Shown: piece by piece, positions 1 through 9,230 of the stretch
Numbering within the stretch: the first letter of the stretch is position 1
Layout: every line of letters starts with the position of its first letter
Assembly: GCA_965205505.1 (NCBI GenBank)
Contig: CBDBHB010000009.1
Location: forward strand, 1,856,001-1,920,000
Source: Acidobacteriota bacterium
GTDB taxonomy: Bacteria; Acidobacteriota; UBA890; WLXD01
Reading direction: 5' to 3'
Length of the DNA stretch: 64,000 nucleotides
Position numbers and translations under genes: made by a program
Notes under the pieces: generated by a model
The model's database searches: none
Told to the model about the DNA's origin: nothing
Seen by the model: only the letters and a program-made list of their open reading frames with translations

Positions 1-2
1 TG

Positions 3-407
3 CAGTTGCTCTACGACAGCAGCGAGGAGGCCGCCGGAGCTGGAATAGGCCTGCTGCCCGGGCGCGTACGCCGTTTGCGGGTGCTGCGTGCGCCGCAGAT
101 GGGCTGGAACAGCATTGCGCTCGATGCGGAGTTGGGCGGTGAGTCCGCGGCTCCGGCAACAACGAATGCAGATGACCCACTCCTCGTCGGCGTCGATTCA
201 CCTGTTGTGTACTACGCCAACCGGTACGTTGTGCCGCCGCCGACGGGCGGCCAGGTGATTGCCTGGTCGGACTACGCGGGCGACCGGTTTCCCGCAGTGG
301 TGCGTGTCGCCAACACCTGGGGTACGCAGTTTCATCCGGAGAAGAGCGCCGCGGCCGGACTGCGTATGCTCCGCAACTTCATTGCGGCGGTGCGGGGGTT
401 GCGATGA
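3..407 (+). CDS. hisH: Imidazole glycerol phosphate synthase glutaminase subunit (5' part outside window)
   Basis: PQMGWN and TQFHPEKS motifs; first gene of his cluster; frame open to window edge. Confidence 0.92.
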   Translation, partial: QLLYDSSEEAAGAGIGLLPGRVRRLRVLRAPQMGWNSIALDAELGGESAAPATTNADDPLLVGVDSPVVYYANRYVVPPPTGGQVIAWSDYAGDRFPAVVRVANTWGTQFHPEKSAAAGLRMLRNFIAAVRGLR

Positions 408-1114
408 TCGTGCACGCGGCGATCGATCTGCTCGACGGTGAGGTCGTGCAGCTGGTGCAGGGCGATCCGGGACGCGAGCGTCTGCGCTTGCCCGACCCTG
501 CTCAGGTGGCGGCGGATTGGATGGCCGCCGGGGCACCGGCGCTGCATGTCGTCGATCTCGATGCCGCGTTGGGGCGAGGAAGTAACGGCGCTGTCCTCGA
601 AGCCCTTCTTGGAGTCGCCCAGGTGCCCATGCAGGTGGGCGGCGGTATCCGCAACGGCGGCGACGTGGAACGTTGGAAACGGGCCGGCGCGGCGCGTGTC
701 GTGGTCGGCACGCGGGCCGTCCGCGATCCAACCTGGCTGGCCGGGCTGGTGGCAAATCATCCGGATTTCGTCGTGCTGGCGGCAGACGTGCGCGCCGGGT
801 CGGTGGTCGTCGACGGGTGGCAATGCGACACGCGGACTGCGCCTGCCAGCCTCCTGAAGGCATGCGACGAGCTCGCCCTGGCGGCGGTGCTGGTTACCGA
901 CGTGAGCCGTGAGGGGACTCTGTCCGGAGTCGATACGGCGCTCTTCAGCACCTTGGTCGCGGAGACTCGTCACCCGCTGATTGCCGCCGGCAGCATCACC
1001 ACCATCGAAGATCTGGCACACCTGCAGGAGGCGGGTGTTGCCGAGGCCGTTGTCGGCACTTCCCTCTACACCGGCGCTATCAGCGTCGAGCAGCTGCGCG
1101 GAGCCTACTGGTAA
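404..1114 (+). CDS. hisA: ProFAR isomerase
   Basis: AIDLLDGEVVQLVQG, LHVVDLDAA, QVGGGIR, TDVSREG motifs; ATGA overlap with hisH. Confidence 0.93.
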   Translation: MIVHAAIDLLDGEVVQLVQGDPGRERLRLPDPAQVAADWMAAGAPALHVVDLDAALGRGSNGAVLEALLGVAQVPMQVGGGIRNGGDVERWKRAGAARVVVGTRAVRDPTWLAGLVANHPDFVVLAADVRAGSVVVDGWQCDTRTAPASLLKACDELALAAVLVTDVSREGTLSGVDTALFSTLVAETRHPLIAAGSITTIEDLAHLQEAGVAEAVVGTSLYTGAISVEQLRGAYW

Positions 1115-1683
1115 TGACGACGATCACACGCAAGACAAATGAGACCGACATCGAGCTGGCGCTGGGTCTGTACGCCAGCTCCGTCGAAGATGATGTGGGG
1201 AACGACAAGCGGCCCGGCATACGGACCGGCAGCGACTTCCTGACCCATATGCTCGAAACGTTGTCCCGCTATGCTGGCATTGACTTGGCGGTGACGGCCA
1301 CCGGCGATCTCGAGCACCATCTGGTTGAGGATGTGGCCATCACGCTCGGCCTGGCCTTTGCTGCAGCGCAGCCCGACACCTGCCGCCGCTACGGAGAGGC
1401 GACAGTGCCCATGGATGACGCGTTGGTGCAGGCGGCCGTCGACGTCGGCGGCCGCCACTTTTACGACGGGCCTTTGCCCGACCGTCACTACGAACACTTC
1501 ATGCGCTCGCTGTCGGACAACGCTCGCTGGACGCTGCACTTACGGGTGCTTCGTGGCAGCGACAGGCACCATGTGGTCGAGGCTGCCTTCAAGGCGCTGG
1601 GATTGGCGCTGCGAAGCGCTCTCGTTGATCAGGGTGTGGTGTTCAGCACGAAGGGCGCGGTGGTTGTCGAGGGCGAGACGTGA
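1114..1683 (+). CDS. hisB: Imidazoleglycerol-phosphate dehydratase
   Basis: RKTNETDI, GDLEHHLVED, PMDDAL, HHVVEAAFKA. Confidence 0.95.
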   Translation: MTTITRKTNETDIELALGLYASSVEDDVGNDKRPGIRTGSDFLTHMLETLSRYAGIDLAVTATGDLEHHLVEDVAITLGLAFAAAQPDTCRRYGEATVPMDDALVQAAVDVGGRHFYDGPLPDRHYEHFMRSLSDNARWTLHLRVLRGSDRHHVVEAAFKALGLALRSALVDQGVVFSTKGAVVVEGET

Positions 1684-2492
1684 TGCTCCGCAAGCGCGTC
1701 ATCGTCTGTCTCGATGTGCGGGGCGACCGCGTCGTCAAGGGGACGCGCTTTCGTGAGCTGCGCGAGGTCGGCGATCCGGTGCAGCTGGCAGAGCGCTATC
1801 AGCAGCAGGGGGCCGACGAGATCATTTTCCTGGATGTGTCGGCCTCGGTGCAGGAACGCGGCATCGTGTTCGATGTGGTACGGCAAACCGCCGAGCGACT
1901 CTTCATCCCGCTGACTGTGGGCGGCGGAATCCGCAGCGTCGACGACGTCGGGCGGCTGTTGCGCAGCGGCGCCGACAAGGTCTCGGTCAACTCCGCCGCG
2001 GTTCACGATCCACCGCTGCTGACCGCCGCCGCCGCCAAGTTCGGAGCGCAGTGCATTGTCGCGAGCATCGACGCCAGCGTGGGTTCGCCCAGCGGCGATG
2101 TCTCTGAGGCGCAGGAACGCGGCCCGACGAATGGTGACGGCGCCGCCGCTGCGACCGTCTACACTCACGGCGGACGCCGGGCCACCGGGCTCGTTGCAAC
2201 AGAGTGGGCCGAGCGCTGCGCTGAGCTTGGTGCCGGCGAGATTCTCATAACGAGCATCGATCACGACGGCGTGCGTACAGGCTTCGACGTGGGGCTCACG
2301 CGTGCCATCCGACAGGCCGTCGACGTTCCGGTGATCGCCAGCGGCGGTGCTGGTGGGCCGCAACACTTCGTCGACGTGTTCCAGCAAGTCGACGTCGAGG
2401 CGGCACTCGCCGCCGGCATATTTCACAGTGGAGCCGTCAGCGTCCACGAGGTAAAGGCCGCGCTGCGGCTCGAGGGGATCGAGGTTCGCTAG
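1683..2492 (+). CDS. hisF: Imidazole glycerol phosphate synthase cyclase subunit
   Basis: LRKRVIVCLDV, VVKG, GAGEILITSIDHDG, ASGGAG, ALAAGIFH. Confidence 0.96.
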   Translation: MLRKRVIVCLDVRGDRVVKGTRFRELREVGDPVQLAERYQQQGADEIIFLDVSASVQERGIVFDVVRQTAERLFIPLTVGGGIRSVDDVGRLLRSGADKVSVNSAAVHDPPLLTAAAAKFGAQCIVASIDASVGSPSGDVSEAQERGPTNGDGAAAATVYTHGGRRATGLVATEWAERCAELGAGEILITSIDHDGVRTGFDVGLTRAIRQAVDVPVIASGGAGGPQHFVDVFQQVDVEAALAAGIFHSGAVSVHEVKAALRLEGIEVR

Positions 2493-2522
2493 CGTCCTGA
2501 TTCAGGACACCAGGAGAACGCC

Positions 2523-3131
2523 ATGCAGATACGCGCCGTGGAACAGGTCGCCGCGATCGATTTCGACAAGGGAGCAGGCCTGGTTCCCGTGGTCGTACAG
2601 GACGCCTGGACCGGGACGTTGCTGATGCTCGCCTATGCGGATCGCGAAGCGGTGGAGCGCACGCTGACCAGCGGCCAGATGCACTTCCACTCCCGATCGC
2701 GGCAGGAGCTGTGGCACAAGGGTGCCACCAGCGGCAACGTCCAGGAGCTCGTGAGCCTCCACGCCGATTGTGATGCCGACGCCTTGCTGGCTCGGGTGCG
2801 GCCGGCCGGGCCTGCCTGCCACACCGGGGAGCGCGGCTGCTTCGATGGCGCCCCCACGCTGGTCGAGCTCGACGATGTGATCGCCGATCGCGCCCAGTCG
2901 CGGACGGCGGATAGCTACACTGCCAGGCTGCTCGCGGACCCGAACGTGGCCGGCAAGAAGCTCGGCGAGGAATCGGTCGAGTTGGCCGTGGCGATCAGCC
3001 GGGGCCGCCGCGCGGAGATCGTCGGCGAAGCGGCCGACCTGCTCTACCACGCACTGGTGGCATGCCGCGGGGCCGGCGTCACGCTCGGAGAAGTGCTCGC
3101 CGAGCTGGCGCGGCGGCGAGCGTCGAATTGA
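2523..3131 (+). CDS. hisIE: Bifunctional phosphoribosyl-AMP cyclohydrolase / phosphoribosyl-ATP pyrophosphatase
   Basis: [42 protein letters not shown]. Confidence 0.95.
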   Translation: MQIRAVEQVAAIDFDKGAGLVPVVVQDAWTGTLLMLAYADREAVERTLTSGQMHFHSRSRQELWHKGATSGNVQELVSLHADCDADALLARVRPAGPACHTGERGCFDGAPTLVELDDVIADRAQSRTADSYTARLLADPNVAGKKLGEESVELAVAISRGRRAEIVGEAADLLYHALVACRGAGVTLGEVLAELARRRASN

Positions 3132-3177
3132 GCGACGGTTCCGGGCACGGGCCCGCGGCCGAACGGTAGGGGCATGC

Positions 3178-3745
3178 ATGACACACGAGGACGAATACCA
3201 CGACTCTATGATCGCCATGTTGGAGCTGATCTGGGGTGAGGGCTTCATGGCTCCGGGCGGTACGGGAAACCTGACGAACCTGATCGGCGGTCTGGAGATC
3301 CGTGACAAGCGTGTGCTCGATTTCGGATGCGGCATCGGCGGCCCGGCGATGCACATGGTCGAGCGTTACGGCGCTGCGACTCGGCGGAACATTCACCTGC
3401 TACGACTGGATGAAGCCACCAGGAGACTACAGCGAGGACATGTTGCGCTGGATCGAGCTCGAAGAACTCACCTACGCGATGCAAACGCCGCAGCATCATG
3501 CCGAGCTATTACGTGAGGTCGGGTTCGTCAACGTCGCGATCGATGATGGCTCGGAATGGTACCGGCGCGAGGCGCAGGCCGAGTACGGAAGGGTACGTAC
3601 CGACCTTTACCCGGAGATGGTTGCGCTAATGGGCGCTGACCAGGCCGACCATTTCGTGGAGGCCTGGCGGGCATTGACGGTGGTATGCGAAAAAGGCGAG
3701 ATGCTGCAGGTGTACTGTCGGGGAACGAAGCCGACCGACTGCTAG
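3178..3745 (+). pseudogene. Class I SAM-dependent methyltransferase (phosphoethanolamine/sarcosine N-methyltransferase-like), internally deleted and frameshifted
   Basis: N-part has LIWGEGFMAPGG and motif I VLDFGCGIGG; near 3373 it jumps in another frame straight to LRLGGTFTCYDW, so motifs II-III are missing. Confidence 0.75.
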
Positions 3746-3754
3746 GATCTCCGC

Positions 3755-4363
3755 ATGGCAGTCGACCCGGGGGAGACAGAGCTGGCGGTAGAGGCGGCGC
3801 CCAGCGTCGGCGAGAACGAGCCTGATCTCCAAGACAGCAATCGCCTGGACGCAGATTCTCAGGACACTGTCATCGACGGCCGCCAGTATCCACTGCACCC
3901 CAAGTCGGTCGTCGTGGCCCAGCTCACTGCCGCGATCTGGGCGACATCGGTTGGCACGATGCTGTTGATTGCCGTGCTCGTGGCTGTCTTGGCGACCGCG
4001 CTGAGCGGGGTAGTCAAACTGGTGATCCTGGCCAGTTGGGTGGTGCTCGCGGCACTTGCCGGGGTGCTGTGCTATCGCTGGCCGCGCATCCGCTACGAAC
4101 ACATTAAGTACCGCGTCGACGATAACGGCTTTACCGTTTACCGCGGAGTGCTCTGGCGTTCGGTCACGTCGGTGCCAAAGGCACGCGTGCAGCATACCGA
4201 CGTGTCGCAGGGACCGCTGCAACGCGGCTATGGCCTTGCCAGCCTGGTCATCCACACGGCTGGTACGCAGGACTCTTCGGTAACTCTTCGGGGTCTGCCG
4301 CACGAGGCGGCGATGCATATCCGCGACTACCTGATCGATGGCAGCGATCGAATTGCAGTCTGA
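3755..4363 (+). CDS. YdbS-like bacterial PH-domain membrane protein
   Basis: Two TM helices, then RGVLWR..VP..RVQHTDVSQGPLQR.YGLASLVIHTAG. Confidence 0.88.
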   Translation: MAVDPGETELAVEAAPSVGENEPDLQDSNRLDADSQDTVIDGRQYPLHPKSVVVAQLTAAIWATSVGTMLLIAVLVAVLATALSGVVKLVILASWVVLAALAGVLCYRWPRIRYEHIKYRVDDNGFTVYRGVLWRSVTSVPKARVQHTDVSQGPLQRGYGLASLVIHTAGTQDSSVTLRGLPHEAAMHIRDYLIDGSDRIAV

Positions 4364-5948
4364 GGATCGTTCAGGCGACCTGGATCTCGGCACTCCGCCT
4401 GGCAGAGGGGCGACCTGGGTTGATCGGCGGCTTCACCCGCTGTCGTGGCTGTTCGCGACCGCCAACTTTGCCAAGGGCTTCATCGTGCCCGCCATCCTGG
4501 TGCTGTTCGCCTCGGGCGGTATGAACTACGAGCTGTGGGCGGCGGTGCTCATCGTGCCGCTGGCGGTCAGAGCGGTCGTCCATTACATCGTCTTCCGCTA
4601 CGGGTTTGCCGACGACGAGATCGTGGTGCGCGAGGGGGTGTTGACCAAGACGGAGCGCCACATCCCCTATGCCCGCATCCAGAACATCGACCTGGTGCAG
4701 AACCCGTTCCATCGTTTGCTTAATGTGGCCCTCGTGCGGGTCGAGACTGCCAGCGGCGGTAGGCTCGAGGCGGTGATCCGGGTGCTGTCGCTGGAAGCCG
4801 TGGAAGAGATGCGCCGGCGCGTATTCGGAGCGCGAGACGAAGTTGGTGACGTGGCATATGTGGGGCGCGAGAGTGCCGCAGCACCGTCCGACCAGACCGC
4901 CGTGGCGCGCCGCCGTGCGCTGCTCCAGACCCCGGCGCTCGAGCTCGTCAAGCTCGGTGTCATTTCCAACAAAGGCGTGGTGGTCGTCGGGGCTGCTGTC
5001 GGGCTGCTCTGGCAGCAGGAAGGCTGGTGGGAGCTCGATTGGACACACGGAGTGGAACGCTGGATCGGATCGTCGCGCGCCTGGTTGGAGACCGCGTCGG
5101 ACAGTCCGGTGCTAGTCGTAGCTTTCGTCGGCCTGACCATTCTCATGGTCGCGGTCCTCTTGTTGCGCGTGTTCTCGATCGGCTGGTTCTTGTTTCAGCT
5201 GCACGGTTTCACGTTGACGCGTCGCGGTGACGATCTGCGCGCCGAGTACGGCCTGTTCAACCGCGTCTCGCGCACCATACCCAGACCGCGAATTCAGATG
5301 CTGAAGACGATCGAATCCCCGTTACACCGTTGGTTCAACCGCCAGTCGGTCGAGCTGCGGACTGTCGGCGGTGGCGGCGAGGAGGTGGACCTCGAAGATG
5401 GCGGCCCAAAGACCCAGGGTCGCTGGCTGGCTCCGATGATCCCGACCTCGCGAGTGCCGCAGCTGCTGCGCGAGGTGTTACCTCAGGTTGAGCTCGAAGA
5501 GGTGCGGTGGGAGCCGATCGCTCGGCGCGCCTGGCGCCGGGTGTTCAAGCGCTGGGTCGCGCTGGTGACGGTCGTGACGGTGGCCGGTGCGGTGTTCTTC
5601 GATCCCTGGGCGGTGGCATTAGGCGCGGCGGCCGCGATACTCGCCTATGTGCATTCACGTCTGTGGGTGAAGCACGCCGGTTATTCGCTTACTACCTGGG
5701 GGCTGCTGTTCAAGAGCGGTTGGTGGGAACGGACGACGAAGATCGTGCGCTACGGCAAGATCCAGACGGTTGGTAGGGAGGAATCGCCTTTCGACCGGCG
5801 CCACCGGATGGCGTCTGTCCTGGTCGACATCGCCGGGGCCGGGATGATCGGCTACACGATTGTCATACCGTATCTGGAGGCTGCGGTGGCGGCCGACGTG
5901 AGCCGGCGTCTCTACGAGGAATCGAGCCGCCGCGCCTTTCGACTCTGA
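4338..5948 (+). CDS. YdbT-like multi-PH-domain membrane protein
   Basis: RLHPLS, IPYARIQNIDLVQN, repeated bPH_2-like units; paired with YdbS-like gene. Confidence 0.87.
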   Translation: MAAIELQSEDRSGDLDLGTPPGRGATWVDRRLHPLSWLFATANFAKGFIVPAILVLFASGGMNYELWAAVLIVPLAVRAVVHYIVFRYGFADDEIVVREGVLTKTERHIPYARIQNIDLVQNPFHRLLNVALVRVETASGGRLEAVIRVLSLEAVEEMRRRVFGARDEVGDVAYVGRESAAAPSDQTAVARRRALLQTPALELVKLGVISNKGVVVVGAAVGLLWQQEGWWELDWTHGVERWIGSSRAWLETASDSPVLVVAFVGLTILMVAVLLLRVFSIGWFLFQLHGFTLTRRGDDLRAEYGLFNRVSRTIPRPRIQMLKTIESPLHRWFNRQSVELRTVGGGGEEVDLEDGGPKTQGRWLAPMIPTSRVPQLLREVLPQVELEEVRWEPIARRAWRRVFKRWVALVTVVTVAGAVFFDPWAVALGAAAAILAYVHSRLWVKHAGYSLTTWGLLFKSGWWERTTKIVRYGKIQTVGREESPFDRRHRMASVLVDIAGAGMIGYTIVIPYLEAAVAADVSRRLYEESSRRAFRL

Positions 5949-5970
5949 TCCGCAACCTGTCGCCGGGCCC

Positions 5971-6047
5971 GCCTGTGTCAGGCTGCCTTGCATCTGGCCC
6001 CAACTCGCCGTAACCAGACCCACCACACATTCACCACGGCCTGCTAG
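5971..6047. mobile_element. Partial MITE, family B (half internal module plus right TIR)
   Basis: CCAGACCCACCACACATTCACCACGGCCTGCTAG matches right ends at 22027 and 58706; its CTAG contains the stop codon of the aminotransferase. Confidence 0.85.
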
Positions 6048-7435
6048 GTGATGCCGAGATCCTTGCCGACGGCGATCATTGCTTCGGTAAGCGTATCGAC
6101 ACAGAAGTCGATCTCCTCACGCGTGATGATGAGCGAGGGGGAGAGGACGTTCAGGTGGGCGATGGGACGCACGATGAGTCCGGCCTCCTGGCACTTGCTC
6201 GACACCCGCTTGCCGATATTGACGCTGGCAGGAAACGGCGTTTTTGTGGCCTTGTCCTCGACGCTCTCAACACAAGCCATCAGATGATGGCCGCGCACGT
6301 CGCCCACCGTCGGCAGCTCGAGGAGCTCTCGCAGACGCTCCTGAAGATAGGGACCGGTCTCGCGCACGCGCTCCAGGATGCGCTCGTCTTCCATGATGCG
6401 GATGTTCTCGAGCGCCGCCGCACAGCATACGGGGTGCCCGGAATAGGTAAACCCGTGAGCGAACACGCGGTCGGGGTCCGGACCGTTGATGACCTCGTGA
6501 ATCTCGTCCGAATACAGCAATGCGCCCAGCGGCAGGTAGCCGGAGGTGATGCCCTTGGCGCAGGTGATCAGGTCAGGCTCGATGCCGAACACGTCTTTGG
6601 CCGAGAACCACTGCCCGAGACGACCGAAACCGGTCACGACCTCATCGCTCACGTACAGCACGTCGTGCTCGGTGCACACCTCCCGTGTGCGGCGGTGGTA
6701 GTCGGCTGGCGGCACGATCACGCCTCCCGCACCCATGATGGGCTCGGCGAAGAAGGCGGCGACCTTGTCGGGCCCAAGCTGCTGGATCTGGCCCTCGAGC
6801 TCGTCGATGAGGTGATCACAGAACTCGCTCTCCGACATGCCGTCGGGGGCGCGGTAGCAGTTGGGTGCCGACACGTGGTGGATCGTTTCGGTTTCGTAGT
6901 CGAACTGCGGGATATGGTCGGTCTTCTTGCCACCGATCGACATCGCCATGTACGTCGAACCGTGATAGGAGCCGTCGCGGGAGATGATGTGTCGCTTCTC
7001 GGCCTTGCCGCGCGTGCGCTGATAGAACTGGATGAGTCGGTACGCGGTGTCGATCGCCTGCGAGCCGCCGGTGGTGAAGAAGACGTGGTTCAGGTTTCCG
7101 GGCGCGATCTCGGCCAGTTTCGCCGCAAGCTCTGCGGCCGGCACGCTGGTCATGTCGGAGAAGGTGTTGGAGTAAGCCAGCCGCTCGACCTGATCTGCGA
7201 TGGCGGTGGCCATTTCCTTGCGGCCAAGTCCGATGTTGTTGCACCACAGCCCGCCGTTGGCGTCCAGGTAGCGCCGGCTGTCCGTATCGAAGATGTAGCA
7301 GCCCTCGCCGCGCGCGATGGCCAGCGAGCCCTCGTCACGAAACGAATCGAAATGGGTCCAGGGATGCAATACGTGGTCGCGATCCTTACGCCAGATGTCT
7401 TTGGCGTTGAGCACGTCCTTATCAATCGTCGCCAT
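6044..7435 (-). CDS. Class III PLP aminotransferase (polyamine/omega-amine type)
   Basis: YLDANGGLWC, YHGST, AEPIMGAGG, DEVVTGFGRLG, AKGITSGYLPLG, HGFTYSGHP. Confidence 0.92.
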   Translation of the reverse strand: MATIDKDVLNAKDIWRKDRDHVLHPWTHFDSFRDEGSLAIARGEGCYIFDTDSRRYLDANGGLWCNNIGLGRKEMATAIADQVERLAYSNTFSDMTSVPAAELAAKLAEIAPGNLNHVFFTTGGSQAIDTAYRLIQFYQRTRGKAEKRHIISRDGSYHGSTYMAMSIGGKKTDHIPQFDYETETIHHVSAPNCYRAPDGMSESEFCDHLIDELEGQIQQLGPDKVAAFFAEPIMGAGGVIVPPADYHRRTREVCTEHDVLYVSDEVVTGFGRLGQWFSAKDVFGIEPDLITCAKGITSGYLPLGALLYSDEIHEVINGPDPDRVFAHGFTYSGHPVCCAAALENIRIMEDERILERVRETGPYLQERLRELLELPTVGDVRGHHLMACVESVEDKATKTPFPASVNIGKRVSSKCQEAGLIVRPIAHLNVLSPSLIITREEIDFCVDTLTEAMIAVGKDLGIT

Positions 7436-7438
7436 CGT

Positions 7439-8386
7439 TCACCTTCTCTTTACGCCGGGAAGCACACAGAGGATCTCGAACAGAATGTTAGCTCCGGTCA
7501 GCGCCGTGTTGCCGGAGGCGTCGTAGAGCGGTGACACCTCTACCAGGTCGCCACCGATGATATCCATTCCGCGGCAACCTCGGACGATTTCCAGACCTTG
7601 GATGGAGGTCAGCCCGCCGATCTCCGGCGTGCCGGTTCCCGGCGCGTAGGCCGGGTCGAGGCTATCGATATCGAAACTCACGTATACTGGCCCGGCGCCG
7701 AGTTGCTCGCGAACCTCGTCCATCAGGGGGCTCAGCGAGCGATGCCAGCACTGCTCCGCTTCGACCACCCGAATGCCCTGTCGGCGCGACCAATCGAAGT
7801 CATCGGGCGCGTAGCCGCTGCCGCGCACACCAATCTGCACGGTGCGCCGCGGCTCGATGAGCCCCTCCTCTACGGCGCGCCGAAACGGGGTTCCGTGTGC
7901 GATATCTTCACCGAACATCTCGTCGTTGATGTCGGTGTGAGCGTCTACATGCACCACCCCGACCGGACCGTGCTTCTTGCACATGGCGCGCAGGATCGGC
8001 AAGACGATGGTGTGGTCGCCGCCGAGCGTCAGGGGGACGCAGTCGTGTGCCAGGATCTCGTCGTACGCTGACGTGATGATGTCGACCGACGCTCGCAGGT
8101 TGAAGGTGTTGATGGCCACGTCGCCGATGTCGGCGACGGTCAGCGAATCGAACGGCGCCGCCCCGGTTGCCATTTGATACGGGCGGATCAGCGCCGATTC
8201 CATGCGGATATAGCGTGGCCCGTACCGGGTCCCCGGACGATTGGAGGCGCCAATGTCCATCGGCACGCCGACGAAGCAAGCGTCGAGGCCGTCGGCGTCG
8301 GGTCGGGTCGGCAACCGCATCATGGTGCCTGGGCCGCCGAAGCGGGGCATCTGGTTGCCCCCGAGGGGCTGGTTGCGCTCGGACAT
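7439..8386 (-). CDS. speB: Ureohydrolase (agmatinase / guanidinobutyrase GbuA-like)
   Basis: GGDHT, DAHTD, HGTPF, SFDIDSLDP..APGTGTPE, DLVEVSP; start set at MSERNQPLGG. Confidence 0.85.
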   Translation of the reverse strand: MSERNQPLGGNQMPRFGGPGTMMRLPTRPDADGLDACFVGVPMDIGASNRPGTRYGPRYIRMESALIRPYQMATGAAPFDSLTVADIGDVAINTFNLRASVDIITSAYDEILAHDCVPLTLGGDHTIVLPILRAMCKKHGPVGVVHVDAHTDINDEMFGEDIAHGTPFRRAVEEGLIEPRRTVQIGVRGSGYAPDDFDWSRRQGIRVVEAEQCWHRSLSPLMDEVREQLGAGPVYVSFDIDSLDPAYAPGTGTPEIGGLTSIQGLEIVRGCRGMDIIGGDLVEVSPLYDASGNTALTGANILFEILCVLPGVKRR

Positions 8387-8534
8387 CGAGTCGTCCTTCG
8401 AGGTTGAAAGGGCGCCATCAAGATACCAGGCTCGGCCCCCCGACCGATCCTGCGCGGTGCCCTTCACATTCGGCGTCACTTCGCCGAGAATCGCCGGGAC
8501 GAGATCGGTTACCGACTTGATACGAGGGGGCGCA

Positions 8535-9188
8535 ATGAGCTCGAAGGCACTCGCTCGGTGGGTGCTGGGTCTGACGGCGGTCGTTAGCTTGATGGCGCCG
8601 ATCGCCGCGGCTTCCGGTACGCCGCAGGATCCCACTGCCGGCATACCCACACCTGAGTCGGTGCTCGGCTTCCGTGTCGGCGACGACTTCAAGCTCGCCA
8701 CCTACGAGCAGTCGATCGCCTACTTTCGGGCGCTGGCGGTAGCCTCAGACCGCGTCGAGCTGCGGCAGGTCGGGCGCACTTCGGAGGGCCGTCCCACCTA
8801 TATCGCGTTGATCTCCTCGCCGGAGAACCTGGCCAACGTCGAGCGCTATCGCGAGATCTCGCTGCAGCTGGCCCATCCGGATGACCTCACGGACGACGAA
8901 GCCCGTCGGTTGGCCGGTGAAGGCAAGGCGATCGTCGCCATCGACGGCGGCCTGCACGCCAGCGAGACGGCGCATGCTCAACACACCATTCAACTGGCCT
9001 ACGACATCGTCACCGAGAAAGAGGGCGCCGAGGGGCGGGCCATCCTCGACAACGTGATCTTGTTGCTGTGGCCGTCGATCAATCCCGACGGCCAGACCAT
9101 GGTTGCCGACTGGTATGCGGAGAACCTCGGTACGCCGTACGAGACAGCTCGCCTGCCGCCAGCAGACGACAATACGAAGCGCCCGTAA
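8535..9188 (+). pseudogene. Truncated secreted M14 zinc carboxypeptidase
   Basis: Signal peptide, GRTSEGRP, zinc motif HASE, NPDG; ends right after TPYETARLP without the rest of the catalytic domain. Confidence 0.75.
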
Positions 9189-9230
9189 GCCGCCGAGCCA
9201 GAAGTCGATGACCGACAACATGAGATCAAG